A stretch of 64,000 nucleotides of DNA from Candidatus Omnitrophota bacterium (GCA_023819145.1 JAMWCW010000003.1:4321-68320); one strand, 5' to 3'; positions 38,946-49,503 are shown, counted from the first letter of the stretch. Translations and numbers: made by a program. The notes: generated from the letters alone by a model not told the origin.

Positions 38946-39638
38946 ATGAAAGAAAGAATTTTAATCATCGAAGATGACAAAAATATTTCTAAACTTATTA
39001 AATATAATTTAGAGAAAGAAGGATTTAATTGTTTTACTGCTTTAAAGGCAGAAGAGGCTTTAGAGACCCTGAAGAGATTTGCTATAGATTTAATCATTCT
39101 CGACATTATGCTTCCGGATATGGACGGATTTGAGTTGTGTCGTTTGATAAAGGAAGAGAAAAAATTAAAAAGTATTCCTGTTATTATGCTTACCGCTAAG
39201 GGCGAAGAAGTTGATAAAGTGGTGGGATTTCAGTTGGGAGCAGACGACTACATGGTTAAACCTTTTAGTCCGCGGGAGTTAATTATGAGGATAAAAGCGG
39301 TGTTACGCCGGGGTAAAAAAGAAGAGGATAAAAAAGAAATTCTTCAGAGTGGAAATTTATTAGTGGATATTCCTCGGCACAAAGTTTTTATAAATGATAG
39401 AGAAGTTGAGCTTACTGCTTTAGAATTTAAACTCTTAGCTACACTTATGGAAAGGCGCGGTAGGGTCCAATCAAGAGAACTCCTTCTTTCTGATGTCTGG
39501 GGTATTTATACCCAAGTAAATACACGCACCGTAGATACACACATAAAACGTTTACGTCAGAAATTAGGAAAACTCGGGAAATTAATTGAAACAGTAATTG
39601 GACTTGGTTATCGGTTTAAGGAAGAAGATGAGAATTAA
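38946..39638 (+). CDS. OmpR-family response regulator, likely PhoB-like
   Basis: 230 aa; receiver domain (LILDIMLPDMDG) and winged-helix output; adjacent to kinase and pst operon. Confidence 0.85.
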   Translation: MKERILIIEDDKNISKLIKYNLEKEGFNCFTALKAEEALETLKRFAIDLIILDIMLPDMDGFELCRLIKEEKKLKSIPVIMLTAKGEEVDKVVGFQLGADDYMVKPFSPRELIMRIKAVLRRGKKEEDKKEILQSGNLLVDIPRHKVFINDREVELTALEFKLLATLMERRGRVQSRELLLSDVWGIYTQVNTRTVDTHIKRLRQKLGKLGKLIETVIGLGYRFKEEDEN

Positions 39639-41400
39639 TGTCCATTGGAAATTAACTTTTGTTTTTTTCTTTTTAATAACCCTTATACTTTTTATAACTT
39701 ATTTTTATCTTAATAAAAATCTTAGCGTCTTTTTGGAGAATCGCCTTCAAGATAATTTGAAAAAAGAGTTATTTTTGAGTAAAAAATTAATAGAAACTAA
39801 TCTTATAGAAAAACAAGAGACCTTAGATTGGGATAGTTTGGCAGATGAGATAGGTAAGCTCTTGGAGTTGAGGGTGACCCTTGTGGATTTAAAAGGGGTT
39901 GTTCTGGGAGATTCCGAACTAAATAAGAAAGAGTTGGAAGAAGTAGAAAGTCATCTTAGCCGGCCAGAGATTCAGTCGGCAATTAAAGAGGGATTTGGCC
40001 AGAGCAAAAGATTCAGTTCTACGCTTGGCAAGGATATGCTTTATGTAGCTATGCCTTTCGGTAAGCCCGAACCCTACGGCATAGTTAGACTATCGCTACC
40101 TGTATTAGAGGTAGAGTTATTAGAGGCCAATTTAAAGAAAATAGTCTTATTATCCATTTTCCTCGTATTTATTTTATCTGCGCTATTTAGTTTTCTCTTA
40201 GCCAAAATGGTCTCCCGCCCCATTTTACGTATGTCTAATCTAGCAAAAGAAATAGCCAAAGGTAATTATCCTCACCAACCGCTATTCTATGCACACGATG
40301 AGATAGGCGAGTTGGCTAAATCTCTGCAACAGATGTCAGAAGAGATAAGGAATAAGATTGCTTATATCAGTTCCGAGGAGGCAAAATTAAAAACAGTGCT
40401 TTCCAGCATAGTTGAAGGTTTAATGGTGATGGATAAAAAGGGAGAGGTAGTTTTGGTTAACGATAGTCTAAGAAAGATGTTTTGTTTAGATGCTCAGATT
40501 ATGGGAAAAAGGCCGTTGGAGTTAATCCGCAACAATAAAGTTCAGAAAATAACCGACGGTATCTTAAAAGAAGGGCATAGATTTTTGAGTGATGAGATAG
40601 AAGTAAATTTTCCTCAAGAGAAAATAGTGCGTATCAATGGAACTCCAATTATAAAAAATGGAGAGATAGAGGGAGTAGTTATTGTTTTTCATGATATTAC
40701 AGAACTGAAGCGCTTAGAGAAAATAAGACAGGATTTTGTTGCTAACGTATCTCATGAATTGCGCACCCCTTTAACGAGTATAAAGGGATATGCGGAAACG
40801 CTTTTAGAGGGTGCGTTGGAAGATAAAAAAAACGCCAAAGAGTTTTTAGAGATTATTTATCGGGACGCAGAACGTCTTTCCCGTCTGATTGACGACCTCT
40901 TAGACCTTTCGCGGATAGAATCGGGTAAACTAAAGATGCATTTTTCAAAGGTTGATTTAGCTAAAATTATAAAACACTCGCTAAGAATAATGGATGAGCA
41001 ATTGAATAATAGAAATATTACTGTTGAATTAAATTTGCCAGAAAATTTATCCCCGGTATTAGCAGATGAGGCAAGAATTACCCAAGTTATGCTTAATCTT
41101 TTAGATAATGCTATTAAATATAATGTAGATAGAGGTAAAATAGAGATTTCTGTTCTGGAAAAAGATAATTTTATGGAAGTAAATATTAAGGATACAGGCA
41201 TCGGCATTCCCGAGAAGGACCTCCTTCGCCTATTTGAAAGATTCTATCGCGTGGATAAGGCACGTTCACGCGAATTAGGCGGAACAGGTCTGGGACTATC
41301 TATTGTGAAACATATTGTGCAAGCCCACCAAGGAGAAGTTTTTGCTAAATCGGAATTTGGTAAAGGTTCCACTTTTTCTTTTACCCTTCCCAAAGCATAA
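39628..41400 (+). CDS. sensor histidine kinase, likely PhoR-like (TM, HAMP, PAS, HisKA, HATPase)
   Basis: ATG at 39628 in frame with ORF 39598; H-box SHELRTPLTSIKGY; G-boxes GTGLGLSIV. Confidence 0.85.
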   Translation: MRINVHWKLTFVFFFLITLILFITYFYLNKNLSVFLENRLQDNLKKELFLSKKLIETNLIEKQETLDWDSLADEIGKLLELRVTLVDLKGVVLGDSELNKKELEEVESHLSRPEIQSAIKEGFGQSKRFSSTLGKDMLYVAMPFGKPEPYGIVRLSLPVLEVELLEANLKKIVLLSIFLVFILSALFSFLLAKMVSRPILRMSNLAKEIAKGNYPHQPLFYAHDEIGELAKSLQQMSEEIRNKIAYISSEEAKLKTVLSSIVEGLMVMDKKGEVVLVNDSLRKMFCLDAQIMGKRPLELIRNNKVQKITDGILKEGHRFLSDEIEVNFPQEKIVRINGTPIIKNGEIEGVVIVFHDITELKRLEKIRQDFVANVSHELRTPLTSIKGYAETLLEGALEDKKNAKEFLEIIYRDAERLSRLIDDLLDLSRIESGKLKMHFSKVDLAKIIKHSLRIMDEQLNNRNITVELNLPENLSPVLADEARITQVMLNLLDNAIKYNVDRGKIEISVLEKDNFMEVNIKDTGIGIPEKDLLRLFERFYRVDKARSRELGGTGLGLSIVKHIVQAHQGEVFAKSEFGKGSTFSFTLPKA

Positions 41401-41489
41401 TTTCCCTTTATTTTAATTTCACTTAAATTTTTCTTTTCCTTAACTTTTCTGTCATATTAGGTTTTTATAATTTCTCCCAAATAGAAAAG

Positions 41490-41798
41490 ATGATAAAAGA
41501 TATTTTAGTGATATTTTTGGGTCTTTTAATTTTAGGAATAGTTCTTTTTTCTCTACGTTTGGTAAAGGCCAAGAGGAACTATGAGTTTATAACTGATTTG
41601 TTCAACCAATTAGATATTGATAATGGAGAAAAAGAGCCAGATAAAGTTCACCAAAAATTCACAAAGATGCAACCGTGTTGTAAAGGCGGTAGTGTAGAAT
41701 TTCCCAAAAGAAAGGAGGTGAGAGACAAGCAAAAAAGATGGGAATTTAGCTATAAAGCACGCAAATATCTTTTAAACGAAAGGAGGAGAGTGAAATGA
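41490..41798 (+). CDS. small membrane-anchored basic protein, hypothetical
   Basis: 102 aa; single N-terminal TM helix; no recognisable domain. Confidence 0.4.
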   Translation: MIKDILVIFLGLLILGIVLFSLRLVKAKRNYEFITDLFNQLDIDNGEKEPDKVHQKFTKMQPCCKGGSVEFPKRKEVRDKQKRWEFSYKARKYLLNERRRVK

Positions 41799-43057
41799 AA
41801 AAATTTTTCTGGTTGTTAGGAGTTTCAAGTGTAGCCTTTGTTTGGGTAGTTTCTAATTTATTTGCAGGAGAAATTGATATCTTGGTGCAGAAATTGGTGG
41901 AAAAAGGGATTTTGACCCCTGGCGAAGCTCAGGAGATTATCGTGGAGACAAAAGAAGAAATCAAAAAAGAGATTGCCATGGGAAAACACGAGACCCTTCC
42001 CACTTGGCTCCAGACGATTAAACTAAAGGGTGATTTTCGTGCCCGTTATCAGTTCACCGATAAGAAAGGTCAAGAGGATAGGCACCGGGAAAGAATTAGA
42101 CTGAGATTAGGTGCGGATGCTATGGTTAATGAACAGATGAAAGTGGCATTAGGTTTGGCTACCATGGGAAAATCAAATGACCCGCGTTCGACCAATGTTA
42201 CCTTAGGCCAGGGGAGAGATGAAGCCGCGGGCAATCCCGGAACATTTAAGGATATAGGTTTAGACTATGCTTATGCCGAGTATTATCCCTTTAGTTGGCT
42301 AACTTTGAGTGCGGGAAAGATTAAAAATGCGCTCTGGGAGCCTTCAGATTTACTCTGGGATACAGATATTAATCCTGATGGAGGAGCAATAAGACTTGGT
42401 TATAAAGTCAATTCCGGGGTAGAGTTTTTTATGAATAATATGGTTTATGTTTTGAGCGAATCGTCCTCGGATACCTCTGACCCTTTTATGCTTGCGTTTC
42501 AGCCAGGTTTAGACTGGAGAATCAACGATAATCTTAACCTTAAATCTGCTCTTAGCTTCTATTATTTTAATAGTGTTAAGAATAAAACTAAATATACACA
42601 TCAAGCCACTAACACCTTGGTGGGGAGTATGTACAAATATGACTACAATGTGTGGAGTCCGGCAGTGGAATTAAGAATCAAAGAACCCTTTTGGGGATTT
42701 TTTCCTTCCTTAGCTTTTTTTGGAGAATATGTAAACAATCCTGACCCGGAGGATAATAATCAAGGTTACGCGTTTGGATTGAAATTTGGGGCAGAAAGAA
42801 TCAGGGATAAAGGAGAATGGCAGGTAACTGCTTTGTATACCAAATTAGAGAAAGATTCTTGGTTAGATATTTTCCCGGATTCTGACCGCTATAGCGGGAG
42901 GACGCGGATGAAGGGTTATGAGGCAATCTTTTCCTATGGATTAGGTAAGAATACAAGTTTAGGGATAGATTATTATTACACCAAGGATTTGCAAAAAACT
43001 GGTAATACTTATGTTCCCGAGCAGCTTTTGCAGATTGATTGGAATCTTAAATTTTAA
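41795..43057 (+). CDS. outer-membrane beta-barrel porin, possibly phosphate-selective (OprO/P-like)
   Basis: 420 aa; signal peptide, alternating amphipathic strands, C-terminal ...NLKF; immediately upstream of pstS. Confidence 0.55.
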   Translation: MKKFFWLLGVSSVAFVWVVSNLFAGEIDILVQKLVEKGILTPGEAQEIIVETKEEIKKEIAMGKHETLPTWLQTIKLKGDFRARYQFTDKKGQEDRHRERIRLRLGADAMVNEQMKVALGLATMGKSNDPRSTNVTLGQGRDEAAGNPGTFKDIGLDYAYAEYYPFSWLTLSAGKIKNALWEPSDLLWDTDINPDGGAIRLGYKVNSGVEFFMNNMVYVLSESSSDTSDPFMLAFQPGLDWRINDNLNLKSALSFYYFNSVKNKTKYTHQATNTLVGSMYKYDYNVWSPAVELRIKEPFWGFFPSLAFFGEYVNNPDPEDNNQGYAFGLKFGAERIRDKGEWQVTALYTKLEKDSWLDIFPDSDRYSGRTRMKGYEAIFSYGLGKNTSLGIDYYYTKDLQKTGNTYVPEQLLQIDWNLKF

Positions 43058-43074
43058 GGGAAAGGAGGAGAGAA

Positions 43075-43887
43075 ATGAATAAGTTTTTGAAGATTTTATT
43101 AATCGGCTTTTTGAGTTTAGCGTGTTCTTCTTTGGTGTATGCCGAAAGAATCGTTTTAGAAGGCTCAACCACCGTGTTACCCATTGCCCAGAAGATTGCC
43201 GAGGTTTTTATGCAGAGGAATAAAAACGCCGAAGTTATTGTGCGCGGAGGAGGTTCAGGAGTAGGCATTGCTTCGCTCATCGATGGAAACTGTGATATTG
43301 CCAATTCCTCGCGCTCCATAAAAGATACCGAGATTCAAAAAGCAATGAGCCGGAAAGTAGAGCCTAAAGCCCACGTCATTGCTATGGATGGAATTGCGGT
43401 GGTGGTGCATCCTTCTAACCCCATTAAAGGTTTGAGCAAAAAACAGATAAAGGATATTTATACGGGAAAAATTTCTGATTGGTCACTCTTAGGCGGAGAA
43501 AAGGGTAAAATTGTAGTAATTTCGCGGGATACTGCAAGTGGAACTTATGAAGCTTTTAATGAACTTGCTTTGAGCAAAGCGAAAGTAAGGCGGGATGCTT
43601 TGATGCAAGCCTCAAATCAGGCAGTTGCCTCTACCGTTGCTAAAACGCCTCAGGCAATAGGCTATGTTGGTCTGGCTTATCTCTCCGATAGCGTGAAAGC
43701 AATTGAAGTGGAGGGAGTTCCGCCAAAAAAAGAAACTGTACTTGCCAATAAATATCCTATTTCTCGACCGTTGTTTATGTACACCAACGGTACTCCGCGG
43801 GGTTTGGTGAAGGAGTTTATTGATTTTATTAAAAGTCCTGTAGGGCAGAAGTTGGTAGAAGAGATAGGATATGTGGGTCTAAAATAG
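43075..43887 (+). CDS. pstS: phosphate ABC transporter substrate-binding protein
   Basis: 270 aa; signal peptide; GSTTVLP...RGGGSGVG PstS motifs. Confidence 0.9.
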   Translation: MNKFLKILLIGFLSLACSSLVYAERIVLEGSTTVLPIAQKIAEVFMQRNKNAEVIVRGGGSGVGIASLIDGNCDIANSSRSIKDTEIQKAMSRKVEPKAHVIAMDGIAVVVHPSNPIKGLSKKQIKDIYTGKISDWSLLGGEKGKIVVISRDTASGTYEAFNELALSKAKVRRDALMQASNQAVASTVAKTPQAIGYVGLAYLSDSVKAIEVEGVPPKKETVLANKYPISRPLFMYTNGTPRGLVKEFIDFIKSPVGQKLVEEIGYVGLK

Positions 43888-43893
43888 GTTAGC

Positions 43894-44784
43894 ATGATAG
43901 TAGGATTGATAAAAGAAAAGGTTTATTGCTGGTTATTTAGAATCTTGGCTTTTTCCTCGCTTTTTTTCTTGACAGGAATAGCCACCGTGATATTTATCGA
44001 GGGGATACCGGTATTTAAGGAAGTTTCTTGGTTAAATTTTATTTTTGGTAAAGAGTGGTATCCTACCTATGAACCCCCGGAATTTGGAATTTTGCCCCTT
44101 ATCCTGGGTTCATTCTGGGTGACTATCGGTGCTCTTTTTATTTGTGTTCCTTTAGGTATAGGGAGTGCTTTGTATATCAATGAACTTGCTAATCCTCTTC
44201 AGAGGGCAATCTTGAAGCCCTTGGTAGAAATTTTAGCCGGTATTCCCTCGGTAGTTTACGGATTTTTTGGCATGGTGATACTTAGCCCTTTTCTGCAAAG
44301 GTTCTTTAAGCTCCCGGTGGGGTTGTGTGCTCTTAATGCCAGCATCATCTTGGGGATAATGGCGACTCCGTTTATCTGTAGTATTGCTGAGGATGCCTTA
44401 AGCTTTGTTCCCCGGTCTTTTCGTGAAGCCTCTTTTTCTTTGGGAGCTAATCGTTGGCAGACTTTAACGAAAGTAGTAATTCCTTCTGCGGGTTCCGGGC
44501 TTTCTACCGCGGTAATCTTGGGTATGAGTAGGGCAATTGGAGAAACGATGACCGTGCTTATGGTTGCGGGGGGTGCAGCAGTAATTCCCAAATCTTTTTT
44601 TGACCCCGTGAGGCCAATGACCGCTACCATTGCAGCAGAAATGGGCGAAGCTCCCATGGGAAGCGCCCATTATCATTCACTTTTTGCCATTGCTATCTTT
44701 TTGTTTTTGATTACTTTTGTCTTTAATATTTTAGCCGAAATTGTAAGTAAGAGATTTAGAATAAAATTAGGTTTGGCAGGATGA
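43894..44784 (+). CDS. pstC: phosphate ABC transporter permease PstC
   Basis: 296 aa; multi-TM with EAA-like loop (SFREASFSLGANRWQT). Confidence 0.9.
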   Translation: MIVGLIKEKVYCWLFRILAFSSLFFLTGIATVIFIEGIPVFKEVSWLNFIFGKEWYPTYEPPEFGILPLILGSFWVTIGALFICVPLGIGSALYINELANPLQRAILKPLVEILAGIPSVVYGFFGMVILSPFLQRFFKLPVGLCALNASIILGIMATPFICSIAEDALSFVPRSFREASFSLGANRWQTLTKVVIPSAGSGLSTAVILGMSRAIGETMTVLMVAGGAAVIPKSFFDPVRPMTATIAAEMGEAPMGSAHYHSLFAIAIFLFLITFVFNILAEIVSKRFRIKLGLAG

Positions 44785-45632
44785 AAAAACAAATTGTGCA
44801 AAAATTAGGATTTTCTCTTATTTTTTTATGTATGCTCATCACTTTGTTTTTTCTATTTCTAATCATCTATTTTATTACCACAAGAGGTATAAAAGTAATT
44901 TCTTGGGAATTTCTTACTGCTCTCCCCCACGAAGAGATGACGAAAGGGGGCATTGCTCCTGCTATTTTGGGAACTTTTTACCTTACTCTGGGAGCAATTC
45001 TTGTCTCTTTGCCTCTGGGTATAGCTTGTGCTATTTATCTTTGCGAATATACCCCCCAGGGTTTTTTATTAAATATTATTCGGATGAGCATCAATAATCT
45101 TGCCGGAGTTCCTTCGGTGGTTTTTGGGCTGTTTGGTTTAGCAATTTTTGTAAAATTTTTTGGTTTTGGAGTTTCTATCATTTCTGGTAGTTTAACCTTA
45201 GGAATTTTAATCCTTCCTTTAATTATTTCTGCGGTTCAGGAAGCGCTTATGGCGGTGCCGGTTTCTTTGAGAGAGGCTTCTTTTGCTTTGGGAGCAACTA
45301 AATGGCAGACGATTAAAAAAGCCGTTCTGCCCAACGCTTTATCCGGTATTCTTACGGGAACAATTTTAAGTATTGGAAGGGCCGCGGGAGAGACCGCCCC
45401 CATAATTTTTACAGCGGTTGCTTTTTATACTAAGGGCTATCCCAAATCTTTATTTTCAGAAGTGATGGCCCTTCCTTATCATATCTACGCTTTAATGACA
45501 GAAGGAATATATCCGGAGGCACAAACCTCTATTGCTTACGGTTGTAGTCTAATTCTTTTATTTTTGGTTTTGTCGCTTTCTTCCGTAGCAATTCTGATTA
45601 GGCAGAGAAGAAGGAGTTTGCATTATGGATAA
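44781..45632 (+). CDS. pstA: phosphate ABC transporter permease PstA
   Basis: 283 aa; multi-[18 protein letters not shown] motif. Confidence 0.9.
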   Translation: MKKQIVQKLGFSLIFLCMLITLFFLFLIIYFITTRGIKVISWEFLTALPHEEMTKGGIAPAILGTFYLTLGAILVSLPLGIACAIYLCEYTPQGFLLNIIRMSINNLAGVPSVVFGLFGLAIFVKFFGFGVSIISGSLTLGILILPLIISAVQEALMAVPVSLREASFALGATKWQTIKKAVLPNALSGILTGTILSIGRAAGETAPIIFTAVAFYTKGYPKSLFSEVMALPYHIYALMTEGIYPEAQTSIAYGCSLILLFLVLSLSSVAILIRQRRRSLHYG

Positions 45633-46380
45633 AGTTATAAGAATTAGAACCGAGGGTGTAAATTTCTTTTATGGAGAGAAACGGGTTCTTAACGATATCA
45701 ATATGGACATTTTTGCTAATAAAGTTACCGCTATTATCGGACCTTCCGGTTGTGGTAAATCTACATTTATTCGACTTCTTAATCGGATGAATGAACTTAT
45801 TCCCCATACGCGTTTTGAGGGGAAAATTGAACTCGATGGAAGAAGTATTCATAATGTAGATGTGGTAGAAGTTAGAAGAAAAATAGGGATGGTTTTCCAG
45901 AAACCTAATCCTTTTCCAAAGTCCATTTTTCATAACATAAGTTATGGGTTAGAGATAAATGGCATAAGCGATAAAGCGCTTATGGAGCAAAAGGTAATGC
46001 TTGCGCTTAAGAAAGCGTTTCTCTGGGAAGAAGTGAAGGATAGGTTAAAGGAAAATGCTTTAAAACTTTCAGGAGGCCAGCAACAACGGCTCTGCATTGC
46101 CCGTGCCTTGGTAGTAGAACCAGAAGTAATTCTTTTTGATGAACCTTGCGCCAGCCTTGACCCCATTTCTACTGCCAAGATAGAAGAGTTGATTTTGGAA
46201 CTCAAAAAGGATTATACTATAATAATTGTTACCCATAATATGCAACAAGCAGCACGTGTTTCCGATTACACTGGATTTTTCTTGCTGGGAGAGTTAGTTG
46301 AGTTTGGAGAGACAGAAGATATTTTTAAAGCGCCACGAGATAAAAAGACAGAGGACTACATTACCGGTAGGTTTGGTTAA
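45625..46380 (+). CDS. pstB: phosphate ABC transporter ATP-binding protein
   Basis: 251 aa; Walker [10 protein letters not shown], signature LSGGQQQRL, Walker B ILFDEP. Confidence 0.9.
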   Translation: MDKVIRIRTEGVNFFYGEKRVLNDINMDIFANKVTAIIGPSGCGKSTFIRLLNRMNELIPHTRFEGKIELDGRSIHNVDVVEVRRKIGMVFQKPNPFPKSIFHNISYGLEINGISDKALMEQKVMLALKKAFLWEEVKDRLKENALKLSGGQQQRLCIARALVVEPEVILFDEPCASLDPISTAKIEELILELKKDYTIIIVTHNMQQAARVSDYTGFFLLGELVEFGETEDIFKAPRDKKTEDYITGRFG

Positions 46381-46775
46381 TGGATAAGAAGAAAATTCTC
46401 TTTGTCTGTGTCGAGAATTCCTGTCGTAGTCAGATTGCAGAAGGTTTTGCCAATCATTTAGGAAAAGATAAGTTGGTAGCTTATAGTGCGGGCTCAAAAC
46501 CTGCTTATACCATAGAACCAAAGGCGGTAACAGTGATGCGAGAACTGGGTATAGATATTTCTCAACAAAATTCAAAGGGTTTTAACGACCTCACAGTTAA
46601 AAACTTCGACTATGCAATCACCTTGGGTTGTAAAGATATCTGTCCCTTTGTTCCGGCAGAAAAACACATCCACTGGGACATTGAAGACCCTAAGGGAAAA
46701 AGTATAGAATTTTTCCGAAAAGTGCGTGATGAGCTTAAGCAAAAGATAGAAGATTTAATTAAAAATTTAGCTTAA
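46380..46775 (+). CDS. arsC: arsenate reductase (thioredoxin-coupled ArsC) / LMW phosphotyrosine phosphatase family
   Basis: 131 aa; CVENSCRS C-x5-R P-loop and downstream GCKDIC cysteine pair; TAATG overlap with pstB. Confidence 0.65.
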   Translation: MDKKKILFVCVENSCRSQIAEGFANHLGKDKLVAYSAGSKPAYTIEPKAVTVMRELGIDISQQNSKGFNDLTVKNFDYAITLGCKDICPFVPAEKHIHWDIEDPKGKSIEFFRKVRDELKQKIEDLIKNLA

Positions 46776-46796
46776 TTTATTAGAGAAAGGATAGAA

Positions 46797-47462
46797 ATGG
46801 AAAGACATTTGGACAACGAGTTAAAAGAATTAACAAAAAAACTTTTAGAGATGGCGGGGCTTGTAGAAGAATCGATTTATAAAGCTATTGATTCTTTGAA
46901 AACGCAGAATAAAGATAAGGCAGAAGAGATAATAAACAACGACAAGAATATCGATGAACTGGAACTTGTTATTGAGGATAAATGTTTAAGCTTACTCTCG
47001 CTTTTTCAGCCCCAGGCAAGCGATTTAAGATTTATTACCAATGCCACAAAGATAAATGCGGAATTGGAACGCATTGCGGATTTATCAGTAGACATTGCTC
47101 AACGGGTTATAGAGTTGGTGGATAAGCCTTTGATTAAGCCGCTTGTGGATATTCCTAAATTAGCAGAAGTTGCTCAGAAGATGGTTAAGGAAGCAATAGA
47201 CGCTTTTGTAAATCGCGATGAAGAGCTGGCTAAAAAAGTAGTACTTTCTGACCGCGAAGCGGATTCTTTGCGCAACCTTGTGCACCGCGAGTTGGTTTAT
47301 GACTATATAGTAAAGGATGGAACTACCGCTCCTCGTGCTGTTCCTCTTTTGTTAGTTGCTCGGCACTTAGAACGGATATGCGACCATGCTACCAATATTG
47401 CTGAAGATGTAATTTATATGGTTTCTGCTAAAGTAGTTAAGCACCATCCTGAGAAATTATAA
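46797..47462 (+). CDS. phoU: phosphate signalling complex protein PhoU
   Basis: 221 aa; two PhoU repeats (ELERIADLSVDIAQ / LERICDHATNIAEDVIYM). Confidence 0.9.
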   Translation: MERHLDNELKELTKKLLEMAGLVEESIYKAIDSLKTQNKDKAEEIINNDKNIDELELVIEDKCLSLLSLFQPQASDLRFITNATKINAELERIADLSVDIAQRVIELVDKPLIKPLVDIPKLAEVAQKMVKEAIDAFVNRDEELAKKVVLSDREADSLRNLVHRELVYDYIVKDGTTAPRAVPLLLVARHLERICDHATNIAEDVIYMVSAKVVKHHPEKL

Positions 47463-48590
47463 CATCATCTCTAAGATTATTTTTGCTGCTTGCTCTACTG
47501 CTCCGGATGTTCCCAGCCTGTTTTTAACCATCCTTAATTTTTCTTTCATTTTTTTTAGTTCTTCAGGGTTATTTAAGATTTCCATTACTTTTTGGGAGAT
47601 TTTCTCTGGCTTTGTTTTATGTTGAATAAATTCAGGAACTATCCTTTCTCCCGCAACAATATTTACCATTCCAATATAAGGGATTCTTATCTGTGGTCTA
47701 ATTATAAGCCATGTTAAAAAAGATGTTTTGTAAATGACAAACATTGGTTTTTCTAAAATAGCGGTTTCTAAAGTGGCAGTTCCTGAGGAGACAAGAACAA
47801 AATCTGCCAGTTCAATACAGTCGTAACTATTTTTTATAATTTTAATGTTAAACGCACAATGTTTAAGGTGAGGATAAAAGAGATTTTCCGGAAGGTTTGA
47901 TGATTGGGAAAGGGCGAATTGAATATTAGGGAATTTCTTAGAAATTAATTTTGCAGTTTTTAACAATATTGGTAAATGTCTTTTAACCTCTATTTCCCTT
48001 GAACCGGGAAGTAAAGAAATGATTCTTTTTGAGGGGTCAAATTTATATTTTTCCAACAGTTCGCTCTTTTTCTCTATGGGTTTGACAATGTCCAATAACG
48101 GATGACCTACAAATACGGCATCGATGTTATGAGCCTTGTAGAGGTTTTCTTCAAATTTAAAGATTACAATCATTTTATCTACCAATTTTTTTATCAATTT
48201 AATTCTATTTTTTCCCCAAGCCCAGACCTGAGGCGAGATGTAATAAGCCAATTTAATGTTTCTTTTTTTTACCTCTTTTGCAAAGCGGAGGTTAAATCCT
48301 GGATAATCAATGAGTATAACCAAATCGGGTTTTGTTTCATCAAGTTTTCTCACCAGAAGATTGAAAATTTCTTTAATTTTTCTAAGATTCTTAAGCACTT
48401 CCCAAAACCCCACAACTGCTAAATCTAAAAAATTATAAAAAATTTCTACACCTTGGGATTTCATCAATAGTCCCCCCGCACCGCAGATTCTTATCTTTGG
48501 GTCTATTTCTTTTATGGCTTTGGCCAAGCTTGCTCCGTGGAGGTCTCCTGAAGACTCACCGGCAACGATGAAAATTGTTTTTTCGCTCAT
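47457..48590 (-). CDS. lpxB: lipid-A-disaccharide synthase
   Basis: Minus ORF 47457..48623; ATG at 48590 (MSEKTIFIVAGESSGDLHG) preferred; GT-B LpxB motifs. Confidence 0.85.
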   Translation of the reverse strand: MSEKTIFIVAGESSGDLHGASLAKAIKEIDPKIRICGAGGLLMKSQGVEIFYNFLDLAVVGFWEVLKNLRKIKEIFNLLVRKLDETKPDLVILIDYPGFNLRFAKEVKKRNIKLAYYISPQVWAWGKNRIKLIKKLVDKMIVIFKFEENLYKAHNIDAVFVGHPLLDIVKPIEKKSELLEKYKFDPSKRIISLLPGSREIEVKRHLPILLKTAKLISKKFPNIQFALSQSSNLPENLFYPHLKHCAFNIKIIKNSYDCIELADFVLVSSGTATLETAILEKPMFVIYKTSFLTWLIIRPQIRIPYIGMVNIVAGERIVPEFIQHKTKPEKISQKVMEILNNPEELKKMKEKLRMVKNRLGTSGAVEQAAKIILEMML

Positions 48591-49503
48591 TTTCTTTAAT
48601 CTTCTCAAGAATCTGAAAAGCAAGTTTTAAGGCAAGATAGGCTTCTTCTCCGGAGACAATAGGATTTGATTTCTTATGCAGGCAATTTATGAAAGAAGTT
48701 ATTTCTGCTTTTAAAGGTTCTTCTTTTTTTACAGAAAGTAAGCGAGACACAATTCTTTTCTTCTCTTTACGATAAACCATTACCTCCTGCTTGAAGTAAT
48801 CTAAGGAGATATAAGCACTCTCTTTGAAAATACGTATCTTACGCATTATCTCATCGGAAACACGGCTGGCAGTAAGATTACAGATTGTTCCGTCAGTAAA
48901 TTTAATTCTTGCGTTGGCAATGTCTTCATATTTAGTAAGAATTTTTACTCCCATCGCATCGATTGTTTCGATACTTGCTTTAACTAAAGTGAGGATGATA
49001 TCGATATCATGAATCATTAAATCTAAGACTACGCCCACATCTTTTATGCGTGGACTAAATTTGCCTAAGCGATGGCACTCAATAAACCGCGGTTTCCCCG
49101 GCAGTTTCATTATAGTTTGGATTGCTGGGTTAAAACGTTCAATATGACCTACCTGGAGAATGCATTTTTTTTCTTTAGCAATTTTAAGAAGCTCTTCTGC
49201 TTCTTTTATATCTGCCGTAAGCGGTTTTTCTATGAGACAATGGACGCCATTTCTCAAAAAATCTTTCCCAATAGCATAATGGATAGTGGTAGGAACAGCA
49301 ATGCTTACTGCTTCCACCAGAGGGATTATTTTATGGTATTGGGGATAATAGTTTGTTTTTAATAATCGGGCAAGTTTTTTCGCCTTTTCTGGGTTTATAT
49401 CACATACGCCTACCAATTCTACATTCTTCATCTCAGAATATACCCGCGCATGGATAGAACCCAGTTTCCCTACTCCAATAACCGCAACTTTTATCTTATG
49501 CAT
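48556..49503 (-). CDS. Gfo/Idh/MocA family NAD(P)-dependent oxidoreductase (possibly GnnA-like)
   Basis: 315 aa; N-terminal Rossmann KVAVIGVGKLGSIHA; directly upstream of lpxB on same strand. Confidence 0.75.
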   Translation of the reverse strand: MHKIKVAVIGVGKLGSIHARVYSEMKNVELVGVCDINPEKAKKLARLLKTNYYPQYHKIIPLVEAVSIAVPTTIHYAIGKDFLRNGVHCLIEKPLTADIKEAEELLKIAKEKKCILQVGHIERFNPAIQTIMKLPGKPRFIECHRLGKFSPRIKDVGVVLDLMIHDIDIILTLVKASIETIDAMGVKILTKYEDIANARIKFTDGTICNLTASRVSDEIMRKIRIFKESAYISLDYFKQEVMVYRKEKKRIVSRLLSVKKEEPLKAEITSFINCLHKKSNPIVSGEEAYLALKLAFQILEKIKENERKNNFHRCR

